This document shows, one piece after another, positions 1 to 10,386 of a stretch of DNA of 64,000 nucleotides. Where the stretch lies: NCBI RefSeq assembly GCF_053078305.1, contig NZ_CP166879.1; one strand, 5' to 3'. Numbering within the stretch: the first letter of the stretch is position 1; each line of letters starts with the position of its first letter. The position numbers and the translations under genes are program-made. Under the pieces are notes generated by a model. The model saw only the letters and a program-made list of their open reading frames with translations. It was not told the DNA's origin and did no database searches.

Positions 1-379
1 AACACCGGCTGTCGGTTTTGCGATGGGCCTCGAACGTCTTGTATTGTTAGTACAGGCCGTTAATCCGGAATTTAAAGCCGATCCTGTTGTCGATATATAC
101 CTGGTGGCTTCAGGTGCTGATACACAATCTGCGGCTATGGCATTAGCTGAGCGTCTGCGTGATGAATTACCGGGCGTGAAATTGATGACCAACCACGGCG
201 GCGGCAACTTTAAGAAACAGTTTGCCCGTGCTGATAAATGGGGTGCCCGCGTTGCTGTGGTGCTGGGTGAGTCTGAAGTGGCTAACGGCACAGCAGTAGT
301 GAAGGATTTGCGCTCTGGTGAGCAAACGGCAGTTGCGCAGGATAGCGTAGCCGCGCATTTGCGCACGTTACTGGGTTAA
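1..379 (+). CDS. hisS: histidine--tRNA ligase, C-terminal part (5' end outside window)
   Basis: Track ORF 23..379 in a frame open from position 2; encodes the HisRS anticodon-binding C-terminus (...[33 protein letters not shown]...); followed by yfgM-bamB-der as in E. coli. Confidence 0.9.
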
Positions 380-396
380 GGAAGGAGAAGGACAGC

Positions 397-1017
397 GTGG
401 AAATTTACGAGAACGAAAACGACCAGGTAGAAGCGGTTAAACGCTTTTTTGCTGAAAATGGCAAAGCACTGGCTGTTGGGGTGATTTTGGGCGTTGGCGC
501 ACTGATTGGCTGGCGCTACTGGAACAGCCATCAGGTTGATTCTGCACGCTCCGCTTCTCTTGCCTATCAAAATGCGGTTACCGCAGTGAGCGAAGGCAAA
601 CCGGATAGCATCCCGGCGGCGGAAAAATTTGCTGCTGAAAATAAAAATACTTATGGTGCGCTGGCTTCTTTGGAACTTGCGCAGCAATTTGTTGACAAAA
701 ATGAACTAGAGAAAGCTGCCGCCCAGTTACAACAGGGGCTGGCAGACACGAGCGATGAAAATCTCAAAGCCGTGATAAATCTGCGTCTTGCTCGCGTTCA
801 GGTACAGCTCAAGCAGGCTGATGCCGCGCTGAAAACCCTTGATACCATCAAAGGTGAAGGGTGGGCTGCCATTGTTGCCGACCTGCGTGGTGAAGCATTG
901 CTGAGCAAAGGTGATAAGCAAGGTGCGCGTAGTGCATGGGAAGCAGGCGTGAAAAGCGATGTTACTCCGGCACTGAGCGAAATGATGCAGATGAAAATTA
1001 ATAATTTGTCCATCTGA
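397..1017 (+). CDS. yfgM: YfgM, inner-membrane ancillary SecYEG translocon subunit (TPR-like)
   Basis: 206 aa ORF with GTG start at 397, N-terminal TM helix, sequence recognised as YfgM; GGAG RBS upstream. Confidence 0.92.
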   Translation: MEIYENENDQVEAVKRFFAENGKALAVGVILGVGALIGWRYWNSHQVDSARSASLAYQNAVTAVSEGKPDSIPAAEKFAAENKNTYGALASLELAQQFVDKNELEKAAAQLQQGLADTSDENLKAVINLRLARVQVQLKQADAALKTLDTIKGEGWAAIVADLRGEALLSKGDKQGARSAWEAGVKSDVTPALSEMMQMKINNLSI

Positions 1018-1027
1018 GAGGGACCCG

Positions 1028-2206
1028 ATGCAATTGCGTAAATTACTGCTGCCAGGACTGCTTTCCGTTACCCTTTTAAGCGGCTGTTCGCTGTTTAACA
1101 GCGAAGAAGATGTGGTAAAGATGTCCCCATTGCCAACCGTTGAAAACCAGTTTACGCCGACCACGGCGTGGAGCACTTCCGTTGGTAGCGGCATTGGCAA
1201 CTTCTATTCCAATCTTCATCCGGCACTGGCGGACAACGTTGTCTATGCAGCGGACCGCGCTGGTTTAGTAAAAGCGCTGAATGCGGATGATGGCAAAGAA
1301 ATCTGGTCTGTCAGCCTGGCCGAGAAAGATGGCTGGTTCTCTAAAGAGCCTGCATTACTTTCTGGCGGTGTGACCGTGTCTGGTGGGCATGTCTACATTG
1401 GCAGCGAAAAGGCGCAGGTTTACGCGCTGAATACCAGCGATGGTACTGTGGCATGGCAAACTAAAGTCGCGGGTGAAGCACTTTCGCGCCCGGTGGTCAG
1501 CGACGGTCTGGTGTTAATCCACACCAGTAACGGTCAGTTACAAGCGCTGAACGAAGCTGACGGCGCTGTCAAATGGACAGTTAACCTCGATATGCCTTCG
1601 CTCTCTTTGCGTGGCGAGTCTGCGCCGGCAACGGCTTTTGGTGCGGCCGTCGTGGGTGGCGATAATGGTCGCGTCAGCGCAGTGCTGATGGAACAGGGCC
1701 AGATGATTTGGCAGCAGCGTATTTCCCAGGCGACCGGTTCTACCGAAATTGACCGTCTGAGCGATGTTGACACGACTCCCGTCGTTGTTAACGGCGTTGT
1801 TTTCGCGCTGGCCTATAATGGTAACCTGACGGCGCTTGATCTGCGCAGTGGTCAGATTATGTGGAAACGCGAACTGGGTTCGGTGAATGATTTCATCGTC
1901 GACGGCAATCGCATCTATCTGGTCGATCAAAATGACCGGGTGATGGCGTTGACCATTGATGGCGGCGTTACGCTGTGGACACAAAGCGATCTGCTGCATC
2001 GCCTGCTGACTTCTCCGGTGCTGTATAATGGCAACCTGGTGGTCGGTGACAGTGAAGGTTATCTGCACTGGATTAACGTCGAAGATGGTCGTTTCGTTGC
2101 CCAGCAAAAAGTTGATAGTTCCGGTTTCCAGACTGAACCGGTTGCCGCTGACGGCAAACTGCTGATCCAGGCAAAAGACGGAACCGTGTACTCTATTACA
2201 CGTTAA
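1028..2206 (+). CDS. bamB: BamB, outer-membrane protein assembly lipoprotein (PQQ beta-propeller)
   Basis: 392 aa ORF, lipobox LLSGCSLF, sequence recognised as BamB/YfgL. Confidence 0.95.
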   Translation: MQLRKLLLPGLLSVTLLSGCSLFNSEEDVVKMSPLPTVENQFTPTTAWSTSVGSGIGNFYSNLHPALADNVVYAADRAGLVKALNADDGKEIWSVSLAEKDGWFSKEPALLSGGVTVSGGHVYIGSEKAQVYALNTSDGTVAWQTKVAGEALSRPVVSDGLVLIHTSNGQLQALNEADGAVKWTVNLDMPSLSLRGESAPATAFGAAVVGGDNGRVSAVLMEQGQMIWQQRISQATGSTEIDRLSDVDTTPVVVNGVVFALAYNGNLTALDLRSGQIMWKRELGSVNDFIVDGNRIYLVDQNDRVMALTIDGGVTLWTQSDLLHRLLTSPVLYNGNLVVGDSEGYLHWINVEDGRFVAQQKVDSSGFQTEPVAADGKLLIQAKDGTVYSITR

Positions 2207-2227
2207 TCGTCTCTGTCGTTCACTTTG

Positions 2228-2264
2228 AAAACGGCTCCTGGACAGGGGCCGTTTTCCTGTTTTT
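2228..2264 (+). terminator. hairpin plus T-run after bamB (possible partial terminator/attenuator before der)
   Basis: aaacggc...ggccgtttt stem followed by cctgttttt. Confidence 0.4.
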
Positions 2265-2323
2265 AACAACGACGCGAATATAGCGTGCGTTGTCTGATGA
2301 TTTATAAAAATGAGGCTTTAAAC

Positions 2324-3796
2324 ATGGTACCTGTGGTCGCGCTTGTCGGGCGCCCTAACGTAGGAAAATCCACGTTATTTAACCGTCTAACTCGCACCCG
2401 AGATGCGCTGGTTGCGGATTTCCCGGGTCTGACTCGTGACCGTAAGTACGGTCGTGCGGAAATTGAAGGCCGTGAGTTTATCTGTATTGATACCGGCGGG
2501 ATTGATGGCACAGAAGACGGTGTAGAAACCCGCATGGCGGAACAGTCGCTGCTGGCGATTGAAGAAGCGGACGTCGTACTGTTTATGGTGGATGCGCGCG
2601 CGGGCCTGATGCCGGCAGATGAAGCGATTGCCAAACATCTGCGCTCCCGTGAAAAACCGACCTTCCTGGTGGCAAACAAAACTGACGGTCTGGATCCCGA
2701 TCAGGCAGTGGTTGATTTCTACTCGCTTGGTTTAGGTGAAATCTACCCGATCGCCGCGTCTCACGGTCGTGGCGTATTAAGTCTGCTGGAGCATGTGCTA
2801 CTGCCGTGGATGGAAGATCTCGCACCGCAAGAGGAAGTCGACGAAGACGCTGAATACTGGGCGCAATTTGAAGCGGAAGAGAACGGCGAAGAAGAAGAGG
2901 AAGACGACTTCGACCCGCAAAGTCTGCCGATCAAACTGGCGATTGTGGGTCGTCCGAACGTAGGTAAGTCTACACTCACTAACCGTATTCTTGGTGAAGA
3001 GCGCGTTGTTGTTTATGACATGCCTGGTACGACGCGTGACAGTATCTACATTCCAATGGAACGCGATGGACGTGAGTATGTGCTCATTGACACCGCTGGC
3101 GTACGTAAACGCGGCAAAATCACCGATGCTGTAGAGAAATTCTCCGTAATCAAAACGTTGCAGGCCATTGAAGACGCCAACGTGGTGATGTTAGTGATTG
3201 ATGCGCGCGAAGGTATTTCCGATCAGGATCTCTCGCTGCTGGGCTTTATTCTCAATAGTGGGCGCTCACTTGTCATTGTGGTGAATAAGTGGGATGGCCT
3301 GAGTCAGGAAGTGAAAGAGCAGGTGAAAGAAACGCTGGACTTCCGTCTGGGCTTTATCGATTTTGCTCGTGTGCACTTTATCTCTGCCTTGCACGGCAGT
3401 GGTGTTGGTAACTTGTTTGAATCAGTACGTGAAGCGTATGACAGCTCCACCCGTCGTGTGGGGACCTCTATGCTGACGCGCATCATGACGATGGCTGTTG
3501 AAGATCACCAACCGCCGCTGGTACGCGGTCGTCGTGTGAAGCTGAAATATGCACACGCCGGTGGTTATAATCCGCCGATTGTGGTGATTCACGGTAATCA
3601 GGTGAAAGACCTGCCTGATTCCTACAAGCGTTACTTGATGAACTACTTCCGCAAATCGCTGGACGTAATGGGATCGCCGATTCGTATTCAGTTCAAAGAA
3701 GGGGAAAACCCGTATGCGAACAAGCGTAACACCCTGACGCCAACCCAGATGCGTAAACGTAAGCGTCTGATGAAGCACATCAAGAAAAATAAATAA
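2324..3796 (+). CDS. der: Der/EngA, ribosome-associated double GTPase
   Basis: Two P-loops (GRPNVGKS twice), KH-like C-terminus; true ATG at 2324 (track ORF begins at an upstream in-frame codon, 2285). Confidence 0.95.
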
Positions 3797-3864
3797 TTAT
3801 CCGTAAGTATTTTATCTGCCATTCCCTCTATGAATGTAGAGGGGTGGCTACCGGAGGAATTCAT

Positions 3865-5477
<1,613 letters not shown>

Positions 5478-5519
5478 TTATTCAGTCGATAGTAACCCGC
5501 CCTTCGGGGATAGCAAGCA

Positions 5520-5570
5520 TTTTTTGCAAAAAGGGGTAGATGCAATCGGTTACGCTCTGTATAATGCCGC
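5520..5570 (+). promoter_or_regulatory. guaBA promoter region with candidate PurR-box-like element
   Basis: TATAAT at 5560..5565 about 44 bp upstream of the guaB ATG; weak -35; atgcaatcggttacgc (5540..5555) matches the 16-bp pur-box palindrome at about 11/16. Confidence 0.45.
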
Positions 5571-5608
5571 GGCAATATTTATTAACCACTCTGGTCGAGA
5601 TATTGCCC

Positions 5609-7075
5609 ATGCTACGTATCGCTAAAGAAGCTCTGACGTTTGACGACGTTCTCCTCGTTCCTGCTCATTCTACTGTTCTGCCGAATACTGCTGACCTCAG
5701 CACCCAGCTGACGAAAACTATTCGTCTGAATATCCCTATGCTTTCCGCAGCAATGGATACCGTAACGGAAGCGCGCCTGGCTATTGCTCTGGCTCAGGAA
5801 GGCGGTATCGGCTTTATCCACAAAAACATGTCCATTGAACGCCAGGCAGAAGAAGTTCGCCGTGTGAAAAAACACGAATCTGGCGTGGTGACTGATCCGC
5901 AGACTGTTCTGCCAACCACGACGCTGCGCGAAGTGAAAGAACTGACCGAGCGTAACGGTTTTGCGGGCTATCCGGTCGTTACCGAAGAAAACGAACTGGT
6001 GGGTATTATCACCGGTCGTGACGTGCGTTTTGTTACCGACCTGAACCAGCCGGTTAGCGTTTACATGACGCCGAAAGAGCGTCTGGTCACCGTGCGTGAA
6101 GGTGAAGCCCGTGAAGTGGTGCTGGCAAAAATGCACGAAAAACGCGTTGAAAAAGCGCTGGTGGTTGATGACGAATTCCACCTGATCGGCATGATCACCG
6201 TGAAAGATTTCCAGAAAGCGGAACGTAAACCGAACGCCTGTAAAGACGAGCAAGGCCGTCTGCGTGTTGGTGCTGCAGTTGGCGCAGGTGCGGGTAACGA
6301 AGAGCGTGTTGACGCGCTGGTTGCCGCTGGCGTTGACGTTCTGCTGATCGACTCCTCCCACGGTCACTCAGAAGGCGTTTTGCAGCGTATCCGTGAAACC
6401 CGTGCTAAATATCCGGATCTGCAAATCATCGGCGGCAACGTGGCAACAGCTGCAGGTGCACGCGCTCTGGCAGAAGCTGGTTGCAGCGCGGTTAAAGTCG
6501 GTATCGGCCCTGGTTCTATCTGTACGACTCGTATCGTTACTGGCGTAGGTGTTCCGCAGATCACTGCCGTTGCTGACGCAGTTGAAGCCCTGGAAGGCAC
6601 CGGTATTCCGGTTATCGCAGATGGTGGTATTCGCTTCTCCGGCGACATCGCCAAAGCTATCGCCGCTGGCGCAAGCGCGGTGATGGTAGGTTCCATGCTG
6701 GCGGGTACTGAAGAATCTCCGGGTGAAATCGAACTCTACCAGGGCCGTTCTTACAAATCTTACCGTGGTATGGGTTCCCTGGGCGCGATGTCCAAAGGTT
6801 CCTCTGACCGTTATTTCCAGAGCGATAACGCTGCCGACAAACTGGTGCCGGAAGGTATCGAAGGTCGCGTAGCTTATAAAGGTCGCCTGAAAGAGATCAT
6901 TCACCAGCAGATGGGCGGCCTGCGCTCCTGTATGGGTTTGACCGGCTGTGGTACTATCGACGAACTGCGTACTAAAGCGGAGTTTGTACGTATCAGCGGT
7001 GCGGGCATTCAGGAAAGCCACGTTCACGACGTGACCATTACTAAAGAGTCCCCGAACTACCGTCTGGGCTCCTGA
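5609..7075 (+). CDS. guaB: IMP dehydrogenase
   Basis: 488 aa from ATG 5609 ([21 protein letters not shown]...), CBS and catalytic GSICTT motif; track ORF is N-extended to 5540. Confidence 0.96.
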
Positions 7076-7082
7076 TTCTCTT

Positions 7083-7103
7083 CGCCCGACTTCATGTCGG
7101 GCG
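7083..7103 (+). other. GC hairpin in guaB-guaA spacer
   Basis: cgcccgac ttcat gtcgggcg inverted repeat followed by atttatatt; possible intra-operon attenuator or RNA processing site. Confidence 0.3.
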
Positions 7104-7143
7104 ATTTATATTATCTGTTTCACTTGCCTCGGAATAAGCGTCA

Positions 7144-8721
7144 ATGACGGAAAACATTCATAAGCATCGCATCCTCATTCTGGACTTCGGTTCTCAGTAC
7201 ACTCAACTGGTTGCGCGCCGCGTGCGTGAGCTGGGTGTTTACTGCGAACTGTGGGCGTGGGATGTGACAGAAGCACAAATTCGTGACTTCAATCCAAGCG
7301 GCATTATTCTTTCCGGCGGCCCGGAAAGTACTACTGAAGAAAACAGTCCGCGTGCGCCGCAGTATGTCTTTGAAGCAGGCGTACCGGTATTCGGCGTTTG
7401 CTATGGCATGCAGACCATGGCAATGCAGTTGGGCGGTCACGTTGAAGCCTCTAACGAACGTGAATTTGGCTACGCGCAGGTTGAAGTCGTAAACGACAGC
7501 GCACTGGTTCGCGGTATCGAAGATGCGCTGACCGCAGACGGTAAACCGCTGCTCGATGTCTGGATGAGCCACGGCGATAAAGTTACCGCTATCCCGTCCG
7601 ACTTCGTCACCGTAGCCAGCACCGAAAGCTGCCCGTTTGCCATTATGGCTAACGAAGAAAAACGCTTCTATGGCGTACAGTTCCACCCGGAAGTGACTCA
7701 CACCCGCCAGGGTATGCGCATGCTGGAGCGTTTTGTGCGTGATATCTGCCAGTGTGAAGCCCTGTGGACGCCAGCGAAAATTATCGACGATGCTGTAGCT
7801 CGCATCCGCGAGCAGGTAGGCGACGATAAAGTCATCCTCGGCCTCTCTGGTGGTGTGGATTCCTCCGTAACCGCAATGCTGCTGCACCGCGCTATCGGTA
7901 AAAACCTGACTTGCGTATTCGTCGACAACGGCCTGCTGCGTCTCAACGAAGCAGAGCAGGTTCTGGATATGTTTGGCGATCACTTTGGTCTTAACATTGT
8001 TCACGTACCGGCAGAAGATCGCTTCCTGTCAGCGCTGGCTGGCGAAAACGATCCGGAAGCAAAACGTAAAATCATCGGTCGCGTTTTCGTTGAAGTATTC
8101 GATGAAGAAGCGCTGAAACTGGAAGACGTGAAGTGGCTGGCACAGGGCACCATCTACCCTGACGTTATCGAATCTGCGGCGTCTGCAACCGGTAAAGCAC
8201 ACGTCATCAAATCTCACCACAACGTGGGCGGCCTGCCGAAAGAGATGAAGATGGGCCTGGTTGAACCGCTGAAAGAGCTGTTCAAAGACGAAGTGCGTAA
8301 GATTGGTCTGGAGCTGGGTCTACCGTACGACATGCTGTACCGTCACCCGTTCCCGGGACCAGGCCTTGGCGTTCGTGTTCTGGGTGAAGTGAAGAAAGAG
8401 TACTGTGACCTGCTGCGCCGTGCTGACGCCATCTTCATTGAAGAACTGCGTAAAGCGGATCTGTACGACAAAGTCAGCCAGGCGTTCACCGTCTTCCTGC
8501 CAGTACGTTCCGTTGGCGTAATGGGCGATGGTCGTAAGTATGACTGGGTTGTCTCTCTGCGTGCTGTCGAAACCATCGACTTTATGACCGCACACTGGGC
8601 GCATCTGCCGTACGATTTCCTCGGTCGCGTTTCCAACCGCATTATCAATGAAGTGAACGGTATTTCCCGCGTGGTGTATGACATCAGCGGCAAGCCGCCA
8701 GCTACCATTGAGTGGGAGTGA
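7144..8721 (+). CDS. guaA: GMP synthase (glutamine-hydrolysing)
   Basis: 525 aa, class-I GATase N-terminus, [10 protein letters not shown]-loop. Confidence 0.96.
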   Translation: MTENIHKHRILILDFGSQYTQLVARRVRELGVYCELWAWDVTEAQIRDFNPSGIILSGGPESTTEENSPRAPQYVFEAGVPVFGVCYGMQTMAMQLGGHVEASNEREFGYAQVEVVNDSALVRGIEDALTADGKPLLDVWMSHGDKVTAIPSDFVTVASTESCPFAIMANEEKRFYGVQFHPEVTHTRQGMRMLERFVRDICQCEALWTPAKIIDDAVARIREQVGDDKVILGLSGGVDSSVTAMLLHRAIGKNLTCVFVDNGLLRLNEAEQVLDMFGDHFGLNIVHVPAEDRFLSALAGENDPEAKRKIIGRVFVEVFDEEALKLEDVKWLAQGTIYPDVIESAASATGKAHVIKSHHNVGGLPKEMKMGLVEPLKELFKDEVRKIGLELGLPYDMLYRHPFPGPGLGVRVLGEVKKEYCDLLRRADAIFIEELRKADLYDKVSQAFTVFLPVRSVGVMGDGRKYDWVVSLRAVETIDFMTAHWAHLPYDFLGRVSNRIINEVNGISRVVYDISGKPPATIEWE

Positions 8722-8761
8722 GGCTATTATTTAAACTATTGTTTTATTTGATTTAGTGAGT

Positions 8762-8800
8762 GCCATTGATGATATTGACTGCATTATCAATGGCATTTTT
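8762..8800 (+). terminator. AT-rich hairpin plus T-run downstream of guaA
   Basis: gccattgat (8762..8770) pairs with atcaatggc (8786..8794), followed by attttt. Confidence 0.4.
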
Positions 8801-9105
8801 CATGGTATAAGGCCGACGCTGAATCGAAGATATAGCAAATACCATGTGACTGTATCAGCAAATGCCATGGTATCGACAACCGGGGGCATTGCAGCGCTGT
8901 GCTGATGCCATCGATGCCCGCTTTTAGTCAGAACACTCTCTCGACCCAAGCCTCCAGATCCTTAAATATGCGCCAGAGGAGCACCTCGTGATCGAAATTA
9001 TGAACAAGACAGCCGCCGCTCGGAATCGAAGTCTCCATATGGGTGAATAAGGTTTGCGGAAAACACGCTGAGAAAATAGAAAAGCGTCAATGAAGGGACA
9101 TAGCA

Positions 9106-10386
9106 ATGGCGATTAACGGAGTGGACGGTGTTAGCGCAGTCACCGTGGATGAACTACTCAAGCAAGGCCTTCGGATACCGAACTATCAACGCCCATACAG
9201 TTGGGAAGTATCGACCGCTCTACAACTGGTGGATGATCTCAGCGAAGCTCTTCGAGATACCGAAAGAAAAGATATTCCCTATGTTTTGGGTGCAATCATT
9301 CTTCACGATGATGGTGAGTATCTCAATGTAGTCGACGGACAGCAACGTCTGCTGACTTTGCGAATGATTCTTGCGGCCTTAGATCCGATAAATCACCAAA
9401 TTTCGGTGTCTGGTAACAGAGAAACCTCTGTCTCCCTGGTTTGGATAGAGCTTCAAAGGCGCCTGTCGCAGTTGGAAGATAAAAAAGAATTTTTGGATTT
9501 TATCTGTCACAAATGTCAGTTGGTGCGTATTGTGACGGACGATATTGATGAGGCATTCCGTGTCTTTGATTCCCAGAACTATCGCGGCAAACCGCTTGCC
9601 CCTCATGACTTGCTCAAAGCACACCACCTGCGCGAAATGCACGATGAGTCCGCTGCTATGAAAGTGGCTGTCGTTGAGGCTTGGGAAGCCGTAAATGATG
9701 AGGATCTGGACAGGCTTTTTTCTACTTTTTTATACCGGATATCCAAGTGGTCACGAGGAGAAAGCTCGCTCGAATTTGCTATTCGGGACATCGGTATGTT
9801 CAAGGGAATTTCATCACGATCCCACAGATCATTTTCGCCAAATCTGCGATATCACCTTGCAGCACAAGCCGCTATGCCACTTCTAAGTGCATGGGCGGTG
9901 TCCTCGACACATGATGCTCGAAATGCCGGGCGCAGCCGCTTTCAGCTTGATGCCCCGATAATCGCTGGGCGCTCATTTTTCGAGATGGTGGCATTCATGC
10001 TTGACGAATTGAAGATACTGGAAAAAGAGGTTATCGACAAAGGTTTCAAAAACTTTGGCCCATCTCAAAGTCGCTACCGCTACGTGTACGAATTGTTCAT
10101 TGCCGCTCTGCTTTGCTATACAAACAAGTTTGGCGATGAAGATGTGGATGAAGTGCGAAATAGGTTATTCGCATGGGCATATGCCTTGCGGGTCGAGTTA
10201 CTTCGTGTGCAATTTGTATCTGCTGACAACCGAGCTCGAGGTAAAAACGATGCAAATAAATCGCCTTTTGTTTTGCTACGCAACGCGATGACTGGAAGTG
10301 TTGTCCGCAAACTTCCAATAGCAAGTCAGCCATACAACGATAACCACGAAAAGGAACTCATTGCTTTTATCAAGGGGCTGCAATGA
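9106..10386 (+). CDS. DUF262 (ParB/Srx-like NTPase, GmrS-like) protein; accessory gene A
   Basis: 426 aa; IPNYQRPYSW motif and DGQQR (nt 9334..9348); later FRVFDSQNYRGKPL motif; no HNH/His-Me motif seen in the C-terminal ~270 aa; ATG 9106 with GGGA RBS; stop overlaps the next start (ATGA at 10383..10386). Confidence 0.8.
   Translation: MAINGVDGVSAVTVDELLKQGLRIPNYQRPYSWEVSTALQLVDDLSEALRDTERKDIPYVLGAIILHDDGEYLNVVDGQQRLLTLRMILAALDPINHQISVSGNRETSVSLVWIELQRRLSQLEDKKEFLDFICHKCQLVRIVTDDIDEAFRVFDSQNYRGKPLAPHDLLKAHHLREMHDESAAMKVAVVEAWEAVNDEDLDRLFSTFLYRISKWSRGESSLEFAIRDIGMFKGISSRSHRSFSPNLRYHLAAQAAMPLLSAWAVSSTHDARNAGRSRFQLDAPIIAGRSFFEMVAFMLDELKILEKEVIDKGFKNFGPSQSRYRYVYELFIAALLCYTNKFGDEDVDEVRNRLFAWAYALRVELLRVQFVSADNRARGKNDANKSPFVLLRNAMTGSVVRKLPIASQPYNDNHEKELIAFIKGLQ

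Noticed and set aside
5612-8004. Long antisense ORFs overlapping guaB and guaA (5612..6367, 6368..7027, 7141..8004 on the minus strand)
   Set aside because: They lie entirely inside well-recognised genes on the opposite strand, have no recognisable domain and no RBS context; typical shadow ORFs of GC-rich coding DNA.
9054-9082. Candidate sigma70 promoter for the accessory operon (TTGCGG ... TAGAAA)
   Set aside because: The -10 hexamer is a weak 4/6 match; it cannot be told apart from chance without a transcription start, so not listed as a feature.
8924-9106. 60-aa minus-strand ORF in the guaA-cassette spacer
   Set aside because: No RBS or recognisable sequence features, and it overlaps the likely promoter/leader of the accessory operon; treated as spurious, though it is in the region that most needs experimental mapping.
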